A DNA stretch of 64,000 bases. Source: Bacteroidales bacterium. Its GTDB lineage: Bacteria > Bacteroidota > Bacteroidia > Bacteroidales > ML635J-15. This document shows, in pieces, positions 31,143 to 40,684 of this stretch. Position 1 is the stretch's first letter, and every line of letters starts with the position of its first letter. Under the pieces are notes generated by a model. It ran no database searches. It saw only the letters and a list, made by a program, of their open reading frames with translations, and was not told the origin of the DNA. The DNA is taken from NCBI GenBank assembly GCA_017994175.1, contig JAGOLH010000001.1:58394-122393 (forward strand), written 5' to 3'. The position numbers and the translations under genes were made by a program.

Positions 31143-32081
31143 CTAAACTATAAAAGTAGTGCTGATAGATTTATGTGTATAAACTTTACGAATTACATCC
31201 GCAAAAAGGCTGGCAACCGATAGTACAGTAATTTTATCGGAAAGTGGTTTAACTGGGATAGAATTGGTAACTACCACTTCGGAAATTGACGATTTTTCTA
31301 TTCTTTCGTAGGCAGGTCCGGAAAGAACAGGATGAGTAGCCACAACTCTGACACTTTTAGCACCTTTTTCCAACATAAGATCCGAAGCCATACACACTGT
31401 TCCGGCTGTATCAATCATATCGTCGACAATGATTACATTTTTGCCTTCAACCTCACCTATTACTTTCATTTCGGCAACCACATTCTCTTCCTCTCTTGAT
31501 TTATGAGCAATTGCCATTCCGCAATTCAGAAAGTGGGAATAAGCTTTAGCTCTTTTGCTGCCACCCATGTCGGGTGAAGCAATAACCAAATCACTCAGAT
31601 CGAGACTTTTAATATAAGGTACAAACAATGCAGAGGCAAAAATATGGTCAACAGGTACGTTAAAAAATCCCTGAATCTGATCCGCATGCAAATCCATAGT
31701 CATAACTCGATCGACTCCGGAGGCCGAGAGTACATCAGCGATAACTTTTGCACCGATCGAAACTCGCGGCTTATCTTTGCGATCCTGCCTTGCAAAGCCG
31801 AAATACGGTATCACAGCTACGACCTTATAGGCAGACGCTCTCTTTGCAGCGTCAACCATAAGCATCAGTTCAATAAGGTTTTCAGCAGGTGGACAGGTTG
31901 ACTGGATGATAAAAACGGTGCAACCTCTAACTGTCTCGTTCAAACTGGGTTGAAATTCTCCATCGCTGAAACGGATCAGAGTACTTTTACCCAATTCCAT
32001 TTCCGGGTCATAGAATGAAACTATTTCCTCTGACAGGTATCGGCTGGCCTGTCCTGTAAAAAATTTTATCGGTGATTCCAT
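31143..32081 (-). CDS. prs: Ribose-phosphate pyrophosphokinase
   Basis: FSDGEF, PYFGFARQDRK, DLHADQIQGFF, VDDMIDTAGT. Confidence 0.98.
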   Translation of the reverse strand: MESPIKFFTGQASRYLSEEIVSFYDPEMELGKSTLIRFSDGEFQPSLNETVRGCTVFIIQSTCPPAENLIELMLMVDAAKRASAYKVVAVIPYFGFARQDRKDKPRVSIGAKVIADVLSASGVDRVMTMDLHADQIQGFFNVPVDHIFASALFVPYIKSLDLSDLVIASPDMGGSKRAKAYSHFLNCGMAIAHKSREEENVVAEMKVIGEVEGKNVIIVDDMIDTAGTVCMASDLMLEKGAKSVRVVATHPVLSGPAYERIEKSSISEVVVTNSIPVKPLSDKITVLSVASLFADVIRKVYTHKSISTTFIV

Positions 32082-32107
32082 CAGGTGAAGTGTTGTTTTT
32101 GTTTCGA

Positions 32108-32115
32108 CAAATGTA
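32108..32115 (-). promoter_or_regulatory. Bacteroidota -7 promoter element for prs
   Basis: TACATTTG on the minus strand, 26 nt upstream of the ATG. Confidence 0.6.
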
Positions 32116-32348
32116 ATGAAATAGCCAAATTGGGATAGAAAAAATAGAAGAAACCTTTGTTAAATTATCAACAGTTATTTCACTATTGTTGAGTTCTATA
32201 TAACTATTTGATTCACAATAACCAAAGCATCAAATTAAAAGTTTAAAATATGATGTGGATATCACTGATTTTACCCGGGGTTCTTAAAATCGGGCGATGC
32301 CCAAAGGGCTGCCATCAGGTGCGTGATATATTATTAGTGTGCCCCAAA

Positions 32349-33284
32349 TTATTCATAATCACAAAGTGTGTCGATTTTTTGCATTAATTCCGCATTTTCT
32401 TTTTCTGTTAAAGCTGAATACTCAACATAGCTCAAAAACAATTCAATTTTTTCGACAACACAATAGCAATAATCATCTGCTCTGTTTTTATTTTCTTTTA
32501 AATTATCATTTAAACATTTACTTGTAAGGGTTTGCTTCTGTTCCTCTGTCCAAGGAACAACATTTCTATTGTTTTTTGCAAAATCAGTCAAATTTGAATT
32601 AATCTGTCCGTTTTTTAAATAAAATGTATTCTGGGTAATTACATTGCTATTATAGGTTCCACTTTCCATTAGTTCTCCTGTTGCATAAAACATCTTGTAA
32701 TCGCCATGGCGCAATCCGTTTTTATAATTCCCTTCACTTAGTTTTTGTCCGTTTAAATAGTAGTACACCCAAATTCCCTCCTCTTGATCATTTAGTATTT
32801 TACCGGTTTTCCAAAGCATTCCATTAGGATGGTAATAAATTGTTTCTCCTTTTCCGTTTTCAAAAACGCCTATTGATTTGAGAGCTCCGTTTTCGTAATA
32901 GTCATGTAAGGTATCTGTCAATTGCCCGTTCTTGTACATAGCCTGTTGCCACAATTGCCCACTGGGATACCAAAAGATGCTTTCCCCATAGAGCTGGTTA
33001 TTTTTATAGTTGACCCGGTATTTCATATGCCCATTATCGTAATAATATACCGATACACCATTTCTCTGATTGTGAAATATTGAAAAAACAAAATTAGTAT
33101 CACCTGTATTATAAAAACCAATCAGCTTAATATCCGAAGTGTCATTGGGGTTAAGGTATTCAATTTTAGTCTTTGCATTACCATCAGGGTAGCTATCAAG
33201 AACCTTTGTGTTACAATTCTGGCAAACCGATGGGCCAATTATCATTAAAAAACCCAGCGATAATAAGAAAGATTCTTTCTTCAT
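32349..33284 (-). CDS. Exported MORN-variant / YwqK-like repeat protein with C-terminal Cys-containing domain
   Basis: Signal peptide; tandem YY.NG.L...G.Y.NG...G repeats; C-terminal W...C...YCYC...C. Confidence 0.8.
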   Translation of the reverse strand: MKKESFLLSLGFLMIIGPSVCQNCNTKVLDSYPDGNAKTKIEYLNPNDTSDIKLIGFYNTGDTNFVFSIFHNQRNGVSVYYYDNGHMKYRVNYKNNQLYGESIFWYPSGQLWQQAMYKNGQLTDTLHDYYENGALKSIGVFENGKGETIYYHPNGMLWKTGKILNDQEEGIWVYYYLNGQKLSEGNYKNGLRHGDYKMFYATGELMESGTYNSNVITQNTFYLKNGQINSNLTDFAKNNRNVVPWTEEQKQTLTSKCLNDNLKENKNRADDYCYCVVEKIELFLSYVEYSALTEKENAELMQKIDTLCDYE

Positions 33285-33357
33285 GTTAGATTGATCCCTA
33301 TTAATTTAGTATTGAAAAGCTTCACAAAACACAATAATTTGTTTGCTCTCTAAAAGT

Positions 33358-34077
33358 TTAGTCGATAGAAGGCATTATTTCACCATCATACTCATTCGGA
33401 TTTCCTTCAATAATTACGTTTTTTGAGCTTGGGCGCCTGTCGATCCAAAGTATGGCATCGAGGTGATCGATTTCATGTTGGAAAATATGTGCTGTATATT
33501 CATGCGATATTCTTTCGGTGCAATGCGTTCCATCCGGCAAATCGTATTCAACATCGCACCATATTGCCCGCCATGATTGCCCGCTAACTCCGGGTATCGA
33601 CAAACAACCGTCGTTACGAAGTTTAAGGGTATCGGAAAGTGCTGTTATCCTGATATTTATAAAAACTTCCCAGGGTTTCCCGACCTTATCATAACGTTTT
33701 ACCCATACAACTCTCCTGTTTATTCCCACTTGTGGCGCAGCAATACCAACGCCGGGGTTCTGGGGGTTCCTTACAGTAGCGTACATTCTGTCGGTAAGCA
33801 AAGCAAGTTCCTGTTCGGTAAGCCGGATATCTGTGCTGATGGTTCTCAAAATAATCGAATCGGGTTGTTGATTATAATACATTATTTCCATTCTATCGGC
33901 AGAATCACCGGCTGTGATCAATGCTTTTTCATCCGTAGTAAACTTCAGCGTATCGACAGGGGGCAAACGCAACTGTTCATAATTATGTCTGTCGTTAGGT
34001 TCAAAAGTTTCACATGCTGTCAGTGCAAGAAAACACAAATTAATAACAGTAATCAGTATGGGGCAACTTGCTTTCAT
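33358..34077 (-). CDS. def: Peptide deformylase homologue with lipoprotein signal peptide
   Basis: GVGIAAPQVG, DGCLS (canonical EGCLS), HEIDH; N-terminal hydrophobic stretch ending LTAC. Confidence 0.85.
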   Translation of the reverse strand: MKASCPILITVINLCFLALTACETFEPNDRHNYEQLRLPPVDTLKFTTDEKALITAGDSADRMEIMYYNQQPDSIILRTISTDIRLTEQELALLTDRMYATVRNPQNPGVGIAAPQVGINRRVVWVKRYDKVGKPWEVFINIRITALSDTLKLRNDGCLSIPGVSGQSWRAIWCDVEYDLPDGTHCTERISHEYTAHIFQHEIDHLDAILWIDRRPSSKNVIIEGNPNEYDGEIMPSID

Positions 34078-34141
34078 AGTGCAGATTTTACATTACAAAG
34101 ATTCAAATATACAAATACCATTTAATAATGTGCAATCGTTT

Positions 34142-37100
34142 TCATCGGATAATTGTTACAGGTCCTTTAAACGGAGCACTTTCACCCATATCGGAATTTA
34201 GCATTATAATATACCAATATGTATCAGCTGCAACAGGTTGTCGAGCATAGATTCCGTTCCATCCCTGCTGATTTCCCTTATATTTTGCAACTTGTTTCCC
34301 AAACCTGTCGAATATTGTGATATCTGCGTTCGGATATCTGAATATTCCAATAATTTCCCAGGTATCGTTATAGCCATCACCATTAGGCGTGAAAAACTCA
34401 GGAATAATTATATTATTATCGACATAAACCCTGATTGTATCTTTGCAGGAATTGCTATCGGAAACATATACATTATACCAGTCTTCGAGCAGTTGATTAA
34501 AAGAATTCACTGGCGACCAGTATAAGCCATCGACAGAATAGCTGTAAGGGGGCGTTCCGCCGGCCGCATTCACTACAATTCTGCCCGAAGCACTGAATTC
34601 TTCTGTAAGCACAGGGCTATCGGCATGACTAATTGTAATATTGTCGGAACTGGTGCAGCCATTAAAGTCAGTCACAGTAAGAGAATAAACACCCGGATAT
34701 ACAGCAAGCTGTACGGTATCGTCTGATCCATTTTGCCATAGGTAACTTTTAAAATATCCATCAGGGTCTAACAACAAAGGGGCACTATCGCATGAAACAA
34801 AATCAAAACCGAGGAACGGGGTTTCAACCTCAAAGAAGTTCACTTCTACAGTATCGACAGCAGTGCAACCATATTCATCATGCACTGTAAGTGAGTATTC
34901 GCCTGACTCGGTAACATTAAGAATGGGCATAGAGGCTCCTGTACTCCACTCATATATTGTAAATCCGGATGGAGGACTTAGCGAAACTTCATTATTTGCG
35001 CAAGTCTGCACATCTGCTCCGAGGCTCACTTCAGGAGCCGGTCTTACCGTCACTGAAATAGTATCGGCTGCAGTACAACCCGTTTGATTTGTTACAGTTA
35101 CTGAATACGTCCCCGAAGTCTCAGGACTAATTGTTGCCCCGGAGCTTGCATCGGACCACAAATAGCTAACAAAGCCACTTCCGGCATCAATTACAGGTAT
35201 ATCATTATCGCAGTACTCCTGGTCTGGTCCCAGATTAACTTCGGGGTACTCTCCCAGTGATACGTATATACTATCGTATGCGCTACAACCATTGGCATCG
35301 GTTACTGTAAGGGTAACAGGCCCTTCGTTGGTACAAGTATATGAGTCTTCAGTGCTTCCATTCTGCCACAAGTAGGAAACGAACCCGGGGGGTGCCTCGA
35401 AATAAATAAAATCACCTGAACAGATTACCCTATCCTCGCCAAGTGAAATCTCCGGTTGCGGGTAGTATCTAACATAAACCGTATCGTAATAATAGCACTG
35501 TCCCAGTTTTGCCCTGACATAATAGGTGCCCTGATGGTCCGCAGTTATTGTAGATAAAGTGCTTCCGGTGTTCCATAAATACGAAGAAAACACCCCCTGA
35601 AGGCTCAGTGTTACCGGTACATTAAAGCAAGTAAACACTGTGTCGATACCAAACAGTTCAATTACTGCCGATTCTGATACAGTTATATTCTGAACAAGTT
35701 CACATTCATATTCGTTGGTTACCGTTACCGAAAAAGCTCCCGGTCCACTTACTTCGATGAATTGTGTGTTGGCACCGGTGCTCCATAAATATGTTTGCAT
35801 TCCCTCACCTGCATCAAGATTCACCGTATCGAACGGACAAATATTCATCTGTTCAGGAAGGTATGGTTCAGGATATATCGAGGGTAACACTGTAATCACA
35901 GTATCGATATAGCAATTATTCTGATCCACTACAGTAACTGTGTAGTCGGCAGGAGATAATCCGCAAACCTGAGCTGTAGCATCGCCTGTTGACCAATAAT
36001 AACTATAAGGTTCTGCCCCTTGAAGCATGTTTATCTGTGCACACAAGTTATTATCATCACATCCGATTCCTGAGAATGTAAAATTGCCCATGCTTATCAA
36101 TCTGTTATACTTGATTACAAAGCCATCGGTAAGACCCTCACTTGTGTATGGGGAGCCTTCGATGTATATGTTACTTGAGTAAAGGCCTCCAACAATTATA
36201 TTCTGAAGATAATCAAGACAAACATCCCTGCCTTCGTCATTATTGCCGGAGCCCATAGTTTTAACCATGAGTATTTCGGAATCGTGTGATATTTTAATAA
36301 AAAAGGCGTCTTTGTTTCCCATGGCTCCAAACATAGAATTACCGAAAACCGCAGTTCCTGAGAACCATCCGGTAACAAAAAGGTTATTACTGAGGTCAGA
36401 GGTTATTGAAACTGCCGATGCATCAGCATCCCCACCGGTAAGTTTTGTCCATATTTCAGTACCTTGTGCATCGTATTTTCTTACAAATACGGGTTGATCG
36501 TCGTGGTCGAAAAAGCCTGCAACAATAACATTACCATCGCCATCTGCCGTAACATCATTTACCCTATCGTTATTAGCGTCGGAGCCCACTTGCTTAATCC
36601 ACTGCATTTCTCCAACAGCATTAAATGCGGCTATAAAACCGTCGTGAGTTCCTGATGCAGTCAATGTTTCTGCTTCTGTTTCAAGGGTGCCAGTGAACAC
36701 ACCTGTTACAAATACGTTATCATCGTGGTCGAAAGCGATAGATGTGGATTCGTCATTCACGGAGGAGCCAATTTTCTTTGCCCAAAGGAAACTTCCGTTA
36801 CTACGAAACTTAGCAGCAAAGCAATCGTCCTGACCATTTCCTATAAGCGTAGTAGACCCAATCCCCATTGCTTCGTTGAATGTTCCGGTTACCAAAACGT
36901 TATCACGGGCATCTACCTTAATATCGGACCCGGAATCGGCGTGCCATCCTCCGGCAGGCTGAAACCATAACATATCACCATTACCGTTGTATGAAACAAT
37001 AAAGGCATCCTCTAAAGCATATGCAAACATTTCTTCTCCATCAAACAAAGCCGATCCGGTAAACATACCTGTAACAAAAATATCACCTGTGCTGTTGCAG

Positions 37101-37444
37101 GCAATGGCTTTGCCATAATCATCATCGATTCCGCCGGCACTTAGTGCCCAAATAAAATCCCCATCCGCACTGTATTTTACGATAAATATATCTTTGGCGC
37201 CCTGCGACGTTAATATTGTCTCGCCTATTTGCATCGTATGATTAAAATAGCCCGTAACATAAACATTACCTTCAGCATCGGAGCAAACCCCCTGAACTGC
37301 GTCCGATGTGTCGGTGCCCACGACATTGCACCATCCAAAATTTATTGTATTACGGCAATCGACTGAATCGGAAAGATTCTGTGCAACAACTACTGATGAA
37401 TTGATAAAAATAAGTACGGATAATATAGTTAGGCAGCCTCTCAT
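34142..37444 (-). CDS. Large T9SS type B CTD surface protein with SBBP-like beta-propeller and Ig-like repeats
   Basis: Signal peptide; DxxGNxxVTGxF repeats; C-terminal IPEFFTPNGDGYNDTW...IFDRFG...TYWY...KGPVTIIR (CHU_C type). Confidence 0.9.
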   Translation of the reverse strand: MRGCLTILSVLIFINSSVVVAQNLSDSVDCRNTINFGWCNVVGTDTSDAVQGVCSDAEGNVYVTGYFNHTMQIGETILTSQGAKDIFIVKYSADGDFIWALSAGGIDDDYGKAIACNSTGDIFVTGMFTGSALFDGEEMFAYALEDAFIVSYNGNGDMLWFQPAGGWHADSGSDIKVDARDNVLVTGTFNEAMGIGSTTLIGNGQDDCFAAKFRSNGSFLWAKKIGSSVNDESTSIAFDHDDNVFVTGVFTGTLETEAETLTASGTHDGFIAAFNAVGEMQWIKQVGSDANNDRVNDVTADGDGNVIVAGFFDHDDQPVFVRKYDAQGTEIWTKLTGGDADASAVSITSDLSNNLFVTGWFSGTAVFGNSMFGAMGNKDAFFIKISHDSEILMVKTMGSGNNDEGRDVCLDYLQNIIVGGLYSSNIYIEGSPYTSEGLTDGFVIKYNRLISMGNFTFSGIGCDDNNLCAQINMLQGAEPYSYYWSTGDATAQVCGLSPADYTVTVVDQNNCYIDTVITVLPSIYPEPYLPEQMNICPFDTVNLDAGEGMQTYLWSTGANTQFIEVSGPGAFSVTVTNEYECELVQNITVSESAVIELFGIDTVFTCFNVPVTLSLQGVFSSYLWNTGSTLSTITADHQGTYYVRAKLGQCYYYDTVYVRYYPQPEISLGEDRVICSGDFIYFEAPPGFVSYLWQNGSTEDSYTCTNEGPVTLTVTDANGCSAYDSIYVSLGEYPEVNLGPDQEYCDNDIPVIDAGSGFVSYLWSDASSGATISPETSGTYSVTVTNQTGCTAADTISVTVRPAPEVSLGADVQTCANNEVSLSPPSGFTIYEWSTGASMPILNVTESGEYSLTVHDEYGCTAVDTVEVNFFEVETPFLGFDFVSCDSAPLLLDPDGYFKSYLWQNGSDDTVQLAVYPGVYSLTVTDFNGCTSSDNITISHADSPVLTEEFSASGRIVVNAAGGTPPYSYSVDGLYWSPVNSFNQLLEDWYNVYVSDSNSCKDTIRVYVDNNIIIPEFFTPNGDGYNDTWEIIGIFRYPNADITIFDRFGKQVAKYKGNQQGWNGIYARQPVAADTYWYIIMLNSDMGESAPFKGPVTIIR
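34630..35870 (-). repeat. About six ~70-aa Ig/PKD-like repeats inside the CTD-B protein
   Basis: Recurring LG.D...C....L....F.SYLW..G.......G.YSVTVT...GC...D.I.V; boundaries approximate. Confidence 0.75.
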
Positions 37445-37446
37445 AC

Positions 37447-38451
37447 TTAAAAATCAGTGTTAATAATTGGTACGCGGTTTCGACCTACATTCAGGGTTTT
37501 GTCTCCAACCAGGAATAGCCCGATAGAAAGCTGGTGAGAACCATAATTATACAATTGAATCGCAGTAAGACCCATATCGTAAAGATAGGCAAAAGTAAAT
37601 GCACCAATTTTAACGCCAAATGTAGGTTGTAAACTCAACGGTGCAGAATTCAGGTAGTCAAGCGTATGTCTGTAACAAAAACCCACATAAAATTCGTTTG
37701 GGTTTCGCATATAGGCCGACTGAATTTTCTTTCCATAAGCATACGAAGCCCTTACCATTACTTCCATCTGATTATGCGCTTTAAAATCGGTTCGCACATT
37801 AACAAATGTTTTCAGGTCAATTCCACGCGACAAACCAAAAACATAAGCACCATGAAAGTGAGTGTACATTGGACTAAGGCTTTCAATTTCGCGGTTATAG
37901 AGTTTGTCATAAGAAGGGATTAAATGATCGACACTAACTCCGAACATGTATTTATTTCGGGAAAGCATTATTCCTGCGTTAAAATCGGGTAAAAAGCTGC
38001 TTTGCCGCGTATAGGTTATAAGTGGGTCATAAATATCGGGATTAAAAGCTGTTTCATCCAGAATATGATACTGTCCATTGAACGACATAGCCATTGACAA
38101 TACGGTTTGATCGAATCGTTTTGCAGTAAGTATCAGGTGATAAGCAAATGTGAGTTGAAAACCTATTTTCTGTTCCGGACCATTCAAATCATTTGCAATA
38201 TACCCTCCTATCCCAATTGGTTGGCTGCCCATACGGCTGTTGAAGCTGAGAAAAGATGTCTTGGGCCCTTCTGCAATACCTGTCCATTGCTGACGGTGTG
38301 TCAGTCGAATGCTGGATCCTTCCCTCAACCCGGTGAAAGCGGGATTTAACAGGAATCGTTCGAAAACGTATTGCTCATGAACATACATATTTTGCGAATG
38401 AACAGTATGTACCACTAAAAATGCAAATACTATGAAGGCTATTCTCCTCAT
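37447..38451 (-). CDS. porP: T9SS PorP/SprF-family outer membrane protein
   Basis: LLNPAFTG, HRQQWTGI..GP.T, GSHQLSIG; adjacent to a type B CTD cargo; ATG at 38451. Confidence 0.9.
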   Translation of the reverse strand: MRRIAFIVFAFLVVHTVHSQNMYVHEQYVFERFLLNPAFTGLREGSSIRLTHRQQWTGIAEGPKTSFLSFNSRMGSQPIGIGGYIANDLNGPEQKIGFQLTFAYHLILTAKRFDQTVLSMAMSFNGQYHILDETAFNPDIYDPLITYTRQSSFLPDFNAGIMLSRNKYMFGVSVDHLIPSYDKLYNREIESLSPMYTHFHGAYVFGLSRGIDLKTFVNVRTDFKAHNQMEVMVRASYAYGKKIQSAYMRNPNEFYVGFCYRHTLDYLNSAPLSLQPTFGVKIGAFTFAYLYDMGLTAIQLYNYGSHQLSIGLFLVGDKTLNVGRNRVPIINTDF

Positions 38452-38452
38452 A

Positions 38453-39136
38453 TTAAACCAACGTATTTGTTTTTTGTCTTTGACCAAAAATTGCCGTTCC
38501 TATACGTATGATTGTTGTACCCTCTTCAACTGCAATTATCCAATCGTCGGACATACCCATACTTATTTCTTTAAAATCCTGTTTGTTACTAAAGTAAACT
38601 GATTTCAACTCATTATAGTATGCAGCCAGTTTTTTAAATTCACTTCTTATTTGACTCATGTCTTCGGTAAAAGTTGCCATGCCCATAACACCAACTATAT
38701 TTAGATTCGAAAAGCCTATTAGTGCTCCAGAATGCAAAAAGTCGGTGAACGATTCGAAAGTAAAGCCATATTTCGCTTCCTCACGGGCTATATGGAATTG
38801 GATCATGCAATCAATCACCCTGTTGTTTTTTTTAGCCTGAACTTGAATTTCCTCCATGAGCCGAACACTGTCAACGCTCTGGATACAAGTAATAAATGAG
38901 GCAATTTTTCTTACTTTATTGGTTTGCAAATGGCCGATAAAATGCCATTGTATATCAGAAGGTAAGGCGTGATGTTTTTCAACTATTTCCTGAACTTTGT
39001 TTTCCCCAAAATAACGAAGGCCCGCATTGTATGCTTCTTGTATAATTTCGACCGGCTGATATTTCGACACAGCAACCAGCGCAACATTATCGGGAAGCTG
39101 TGCAACAAATCGTTCTATTCTATCCGTAAGCGTCAT
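38453..39136 (-). CDS. yggS: PLP homeostasis protein YggS
   Basis: LVAVSK, FGENKVQE, WHFIGHLQTNK, SMGMSDD, IRIGTAIFG. Confidence 0.96.
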   Translation of the reverse strand: MTLTDRIERFVAQLPDNVALVAVSKYQPVEIIQEAYNAGLRYFGENKVQEIVEKHHALPSDIQWHFIGHLQTNKVRKIASFITCIQSVDSVRLMEEIQVQAKKNNRVIDCMIQFHIAREEAKYGFTFESFTDFLHSGALIGFSNLNIVGVMGMATFTEDMSQIRSEFKKLAAYYNELKSVYFSNKQDFKEISMGMSDDWIIAVEEGTTIIRIGTAIFGQRQKTNTLV

Positions 39137-39247
39137 CGCAGTCAGTGTTTACCCCACAAATTTAAGCAAATTAATGCGTGTTTTACATTGGTCTGATAAA
39201 ACTCTCAACATCAATCAATCCTGAAAATTAGATATTTTTTCTATTGC

Positions 39248-39721
39248 TTACATCTGTACAACTGAGTCATTTTCGTTTTTTAACCATTCAAACATATAGT
39301 AATGATCTGAATTCATGTTCAGTTTTGTATAAATGGCAGCTGCCGATTGATTTCTTTTATCCACATACAGGCGTATCCCGGCATATTCACTGCTATTAAT
39401 CACCTGTTTTTTAATATGATTAAACAGAAATTTAAACACACCGGTGCTACGATATGCCGGTTCAACATATACACTTTGCAGCCACAACACCCAACAGCAT
39501 CGCCAATCGCTCCATTCGGGTGTAATCATACAGCATGCTATAATTTTTTTCTCATTCTCGACGACAATATATTTTCCTCTTGTACTATCATGAATAACCG
39601 CTGTAATACCCTTACGCACTACTTCTTCGTTGAGCTTAATACCCTCTGTTTCATAAGCCATTTGTATCTGAAACCCGGTTAGAGTCTCCAAATCGTTGTA
39701 TGATGCATTACGTGCTTTCAT
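39248..39721 (-). CDS. GNAT family N-acetyltransferase
   Basis: EWSDWR, WLQSVYVEPAYRSTG, RLYVD..N..A; ATG at 39721. Confidence 0.85.
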   Translation of the reverse strand: MKARNASYNDLETLTGFQIQMAYETEGIKLNEEVVRKGITAVIHDSTRGKYIVVENEKKIIACCMITPEWSDWRCCWVLWLQSVYVEPAYRSTGVFKFLFNHIKKQVINSSEYAGIRLYVDKRNQSAAAIYTKLNMNSDHYYMFEWLKNENDSVVQM

Positions 39722-40676
39722 TTTTTTTATTTTGGAATAACAGGAATGACCCAATCAGGGCCGGTATTGCAAGGTTTATCAGCCACAAAGAGATTGATGC
39801 TGAAAACACTGTGGCAGGTTGATCGGTAAATAAAGAGAACAGCACAATGCTAACCGTTCCACGCACTCCTGGTTCACCAGCCGAGATTACCGGGATAATA
39901 GCCATTAGTAGATAAATACACATTACGGCCTGCATGGTTTCCACATAGGAAGTATCTATCCCGAATAATACAATCATTATGTAAAACTGATGAACAAAGA
40001 TTACATACCTAAAAGCACTCAGTAATAATACAAGCCATTTTTTTCGGGCTCCGGGCACTAAATCTGTTTTGCTGAAATTCAGTTTATTTTTCAAAAAGCC
40101 AATTTTCGAAACCACTCTGGCAAGCAGTTTTGTATTTCCGTAGAACCACAGCATCAGTGCCATACACGCAACAGAAACTGCAATAATAATCCAATCGTTT
40201 ACAGCGAAAACTCCACGGCTGGCCGGAACATAAATAATCAGGTTGATAAATGCTGCCAGCCCGAAAAACAGGGTTACAAACAACTGTGTAAAACTACCCG
40301 TTATACTTAGTAAGGCTGCGTTTGCACGGTTTTCCCGCGGAATAAAAAGTATTCTTCCGGCAAACTCTCCCAAACGGTTTGGCGTTGCCATTCCTGCTGT
40401 GGTTCCTGCTAAAACGGACCTAAGAGATCTTTTGAAAGACAAGTTATAGCATGATTTCAACAGATACGACCATTTTATGCCTTCGATTGACCAATTTAGT
40501 ATCATCAGCAAAAATACCAACAATATCAAAAGCGCCTGAAATCTACCAAATCCTGAAGGAACAGTGAAGACACTATTAAGATCGGGAGCGTTGATAATAA
40601 CATAAATAACATACAGATATGCCATTATCGCAATACTCAGTTTCAGAATGAACTGTATGTGATTATTGATTTTCAT
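39708..40676 (-). CDS. Lysylphosphatidylglycerol synthase TM / flippase-like membrane protein
   Basis: LNWSIEGIKW, TPNRLGEFAGR, polytopic. Confidence 0.8.
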   Translation of the reverse strand: MKINNHIQFILKLSIAIMAYLYVIYVIINAPDLNSVFTVPSGFGRFQALLILLVFLLMILNWSIEGIKWSYLLKSCYNLSFKRSLRSVLAGTTAGMATPNRLGEFAGRILFIPRENRANAALLSITGSFTQLFVTLFFGLAAFINLIIYVPASRGVFAVNDWIIIAVSVACMALMLWFYGNTKLLARVVSKIGFLKNKLNFSKTDLVPGARKKWLVLLLSAFRYVIFVHQFYIMIVLFGIDTSYVETMQAVMCIYLLMAIIPVISAGEPGVRGTVSIVLFSLFTDQPATVFSASISLWLINLAIPALIGSFLLFQNKKNEST

Positions 40677-40684
40677 CAGGGGGT

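Noticed and set aside
32259-32329. Hammerhead ribozyme, fluoride, SAM-II, PRPP/ykkC riboswitch or SRP RNA identity for the three-way junction
   Set aside because: Partial words are present (CTGATG on minus, GGCGATG and ATCAGGT on plus) but the required partner motifs (GAAA core, pseudoknot partner, GGAA/AGCAG loop) are absent; kept only as an unassigned structure
33577-34125. 182-aa plus-strand ORF
   Set aside because: Antisense to the motif-complete deformylase gene; no recognisable features
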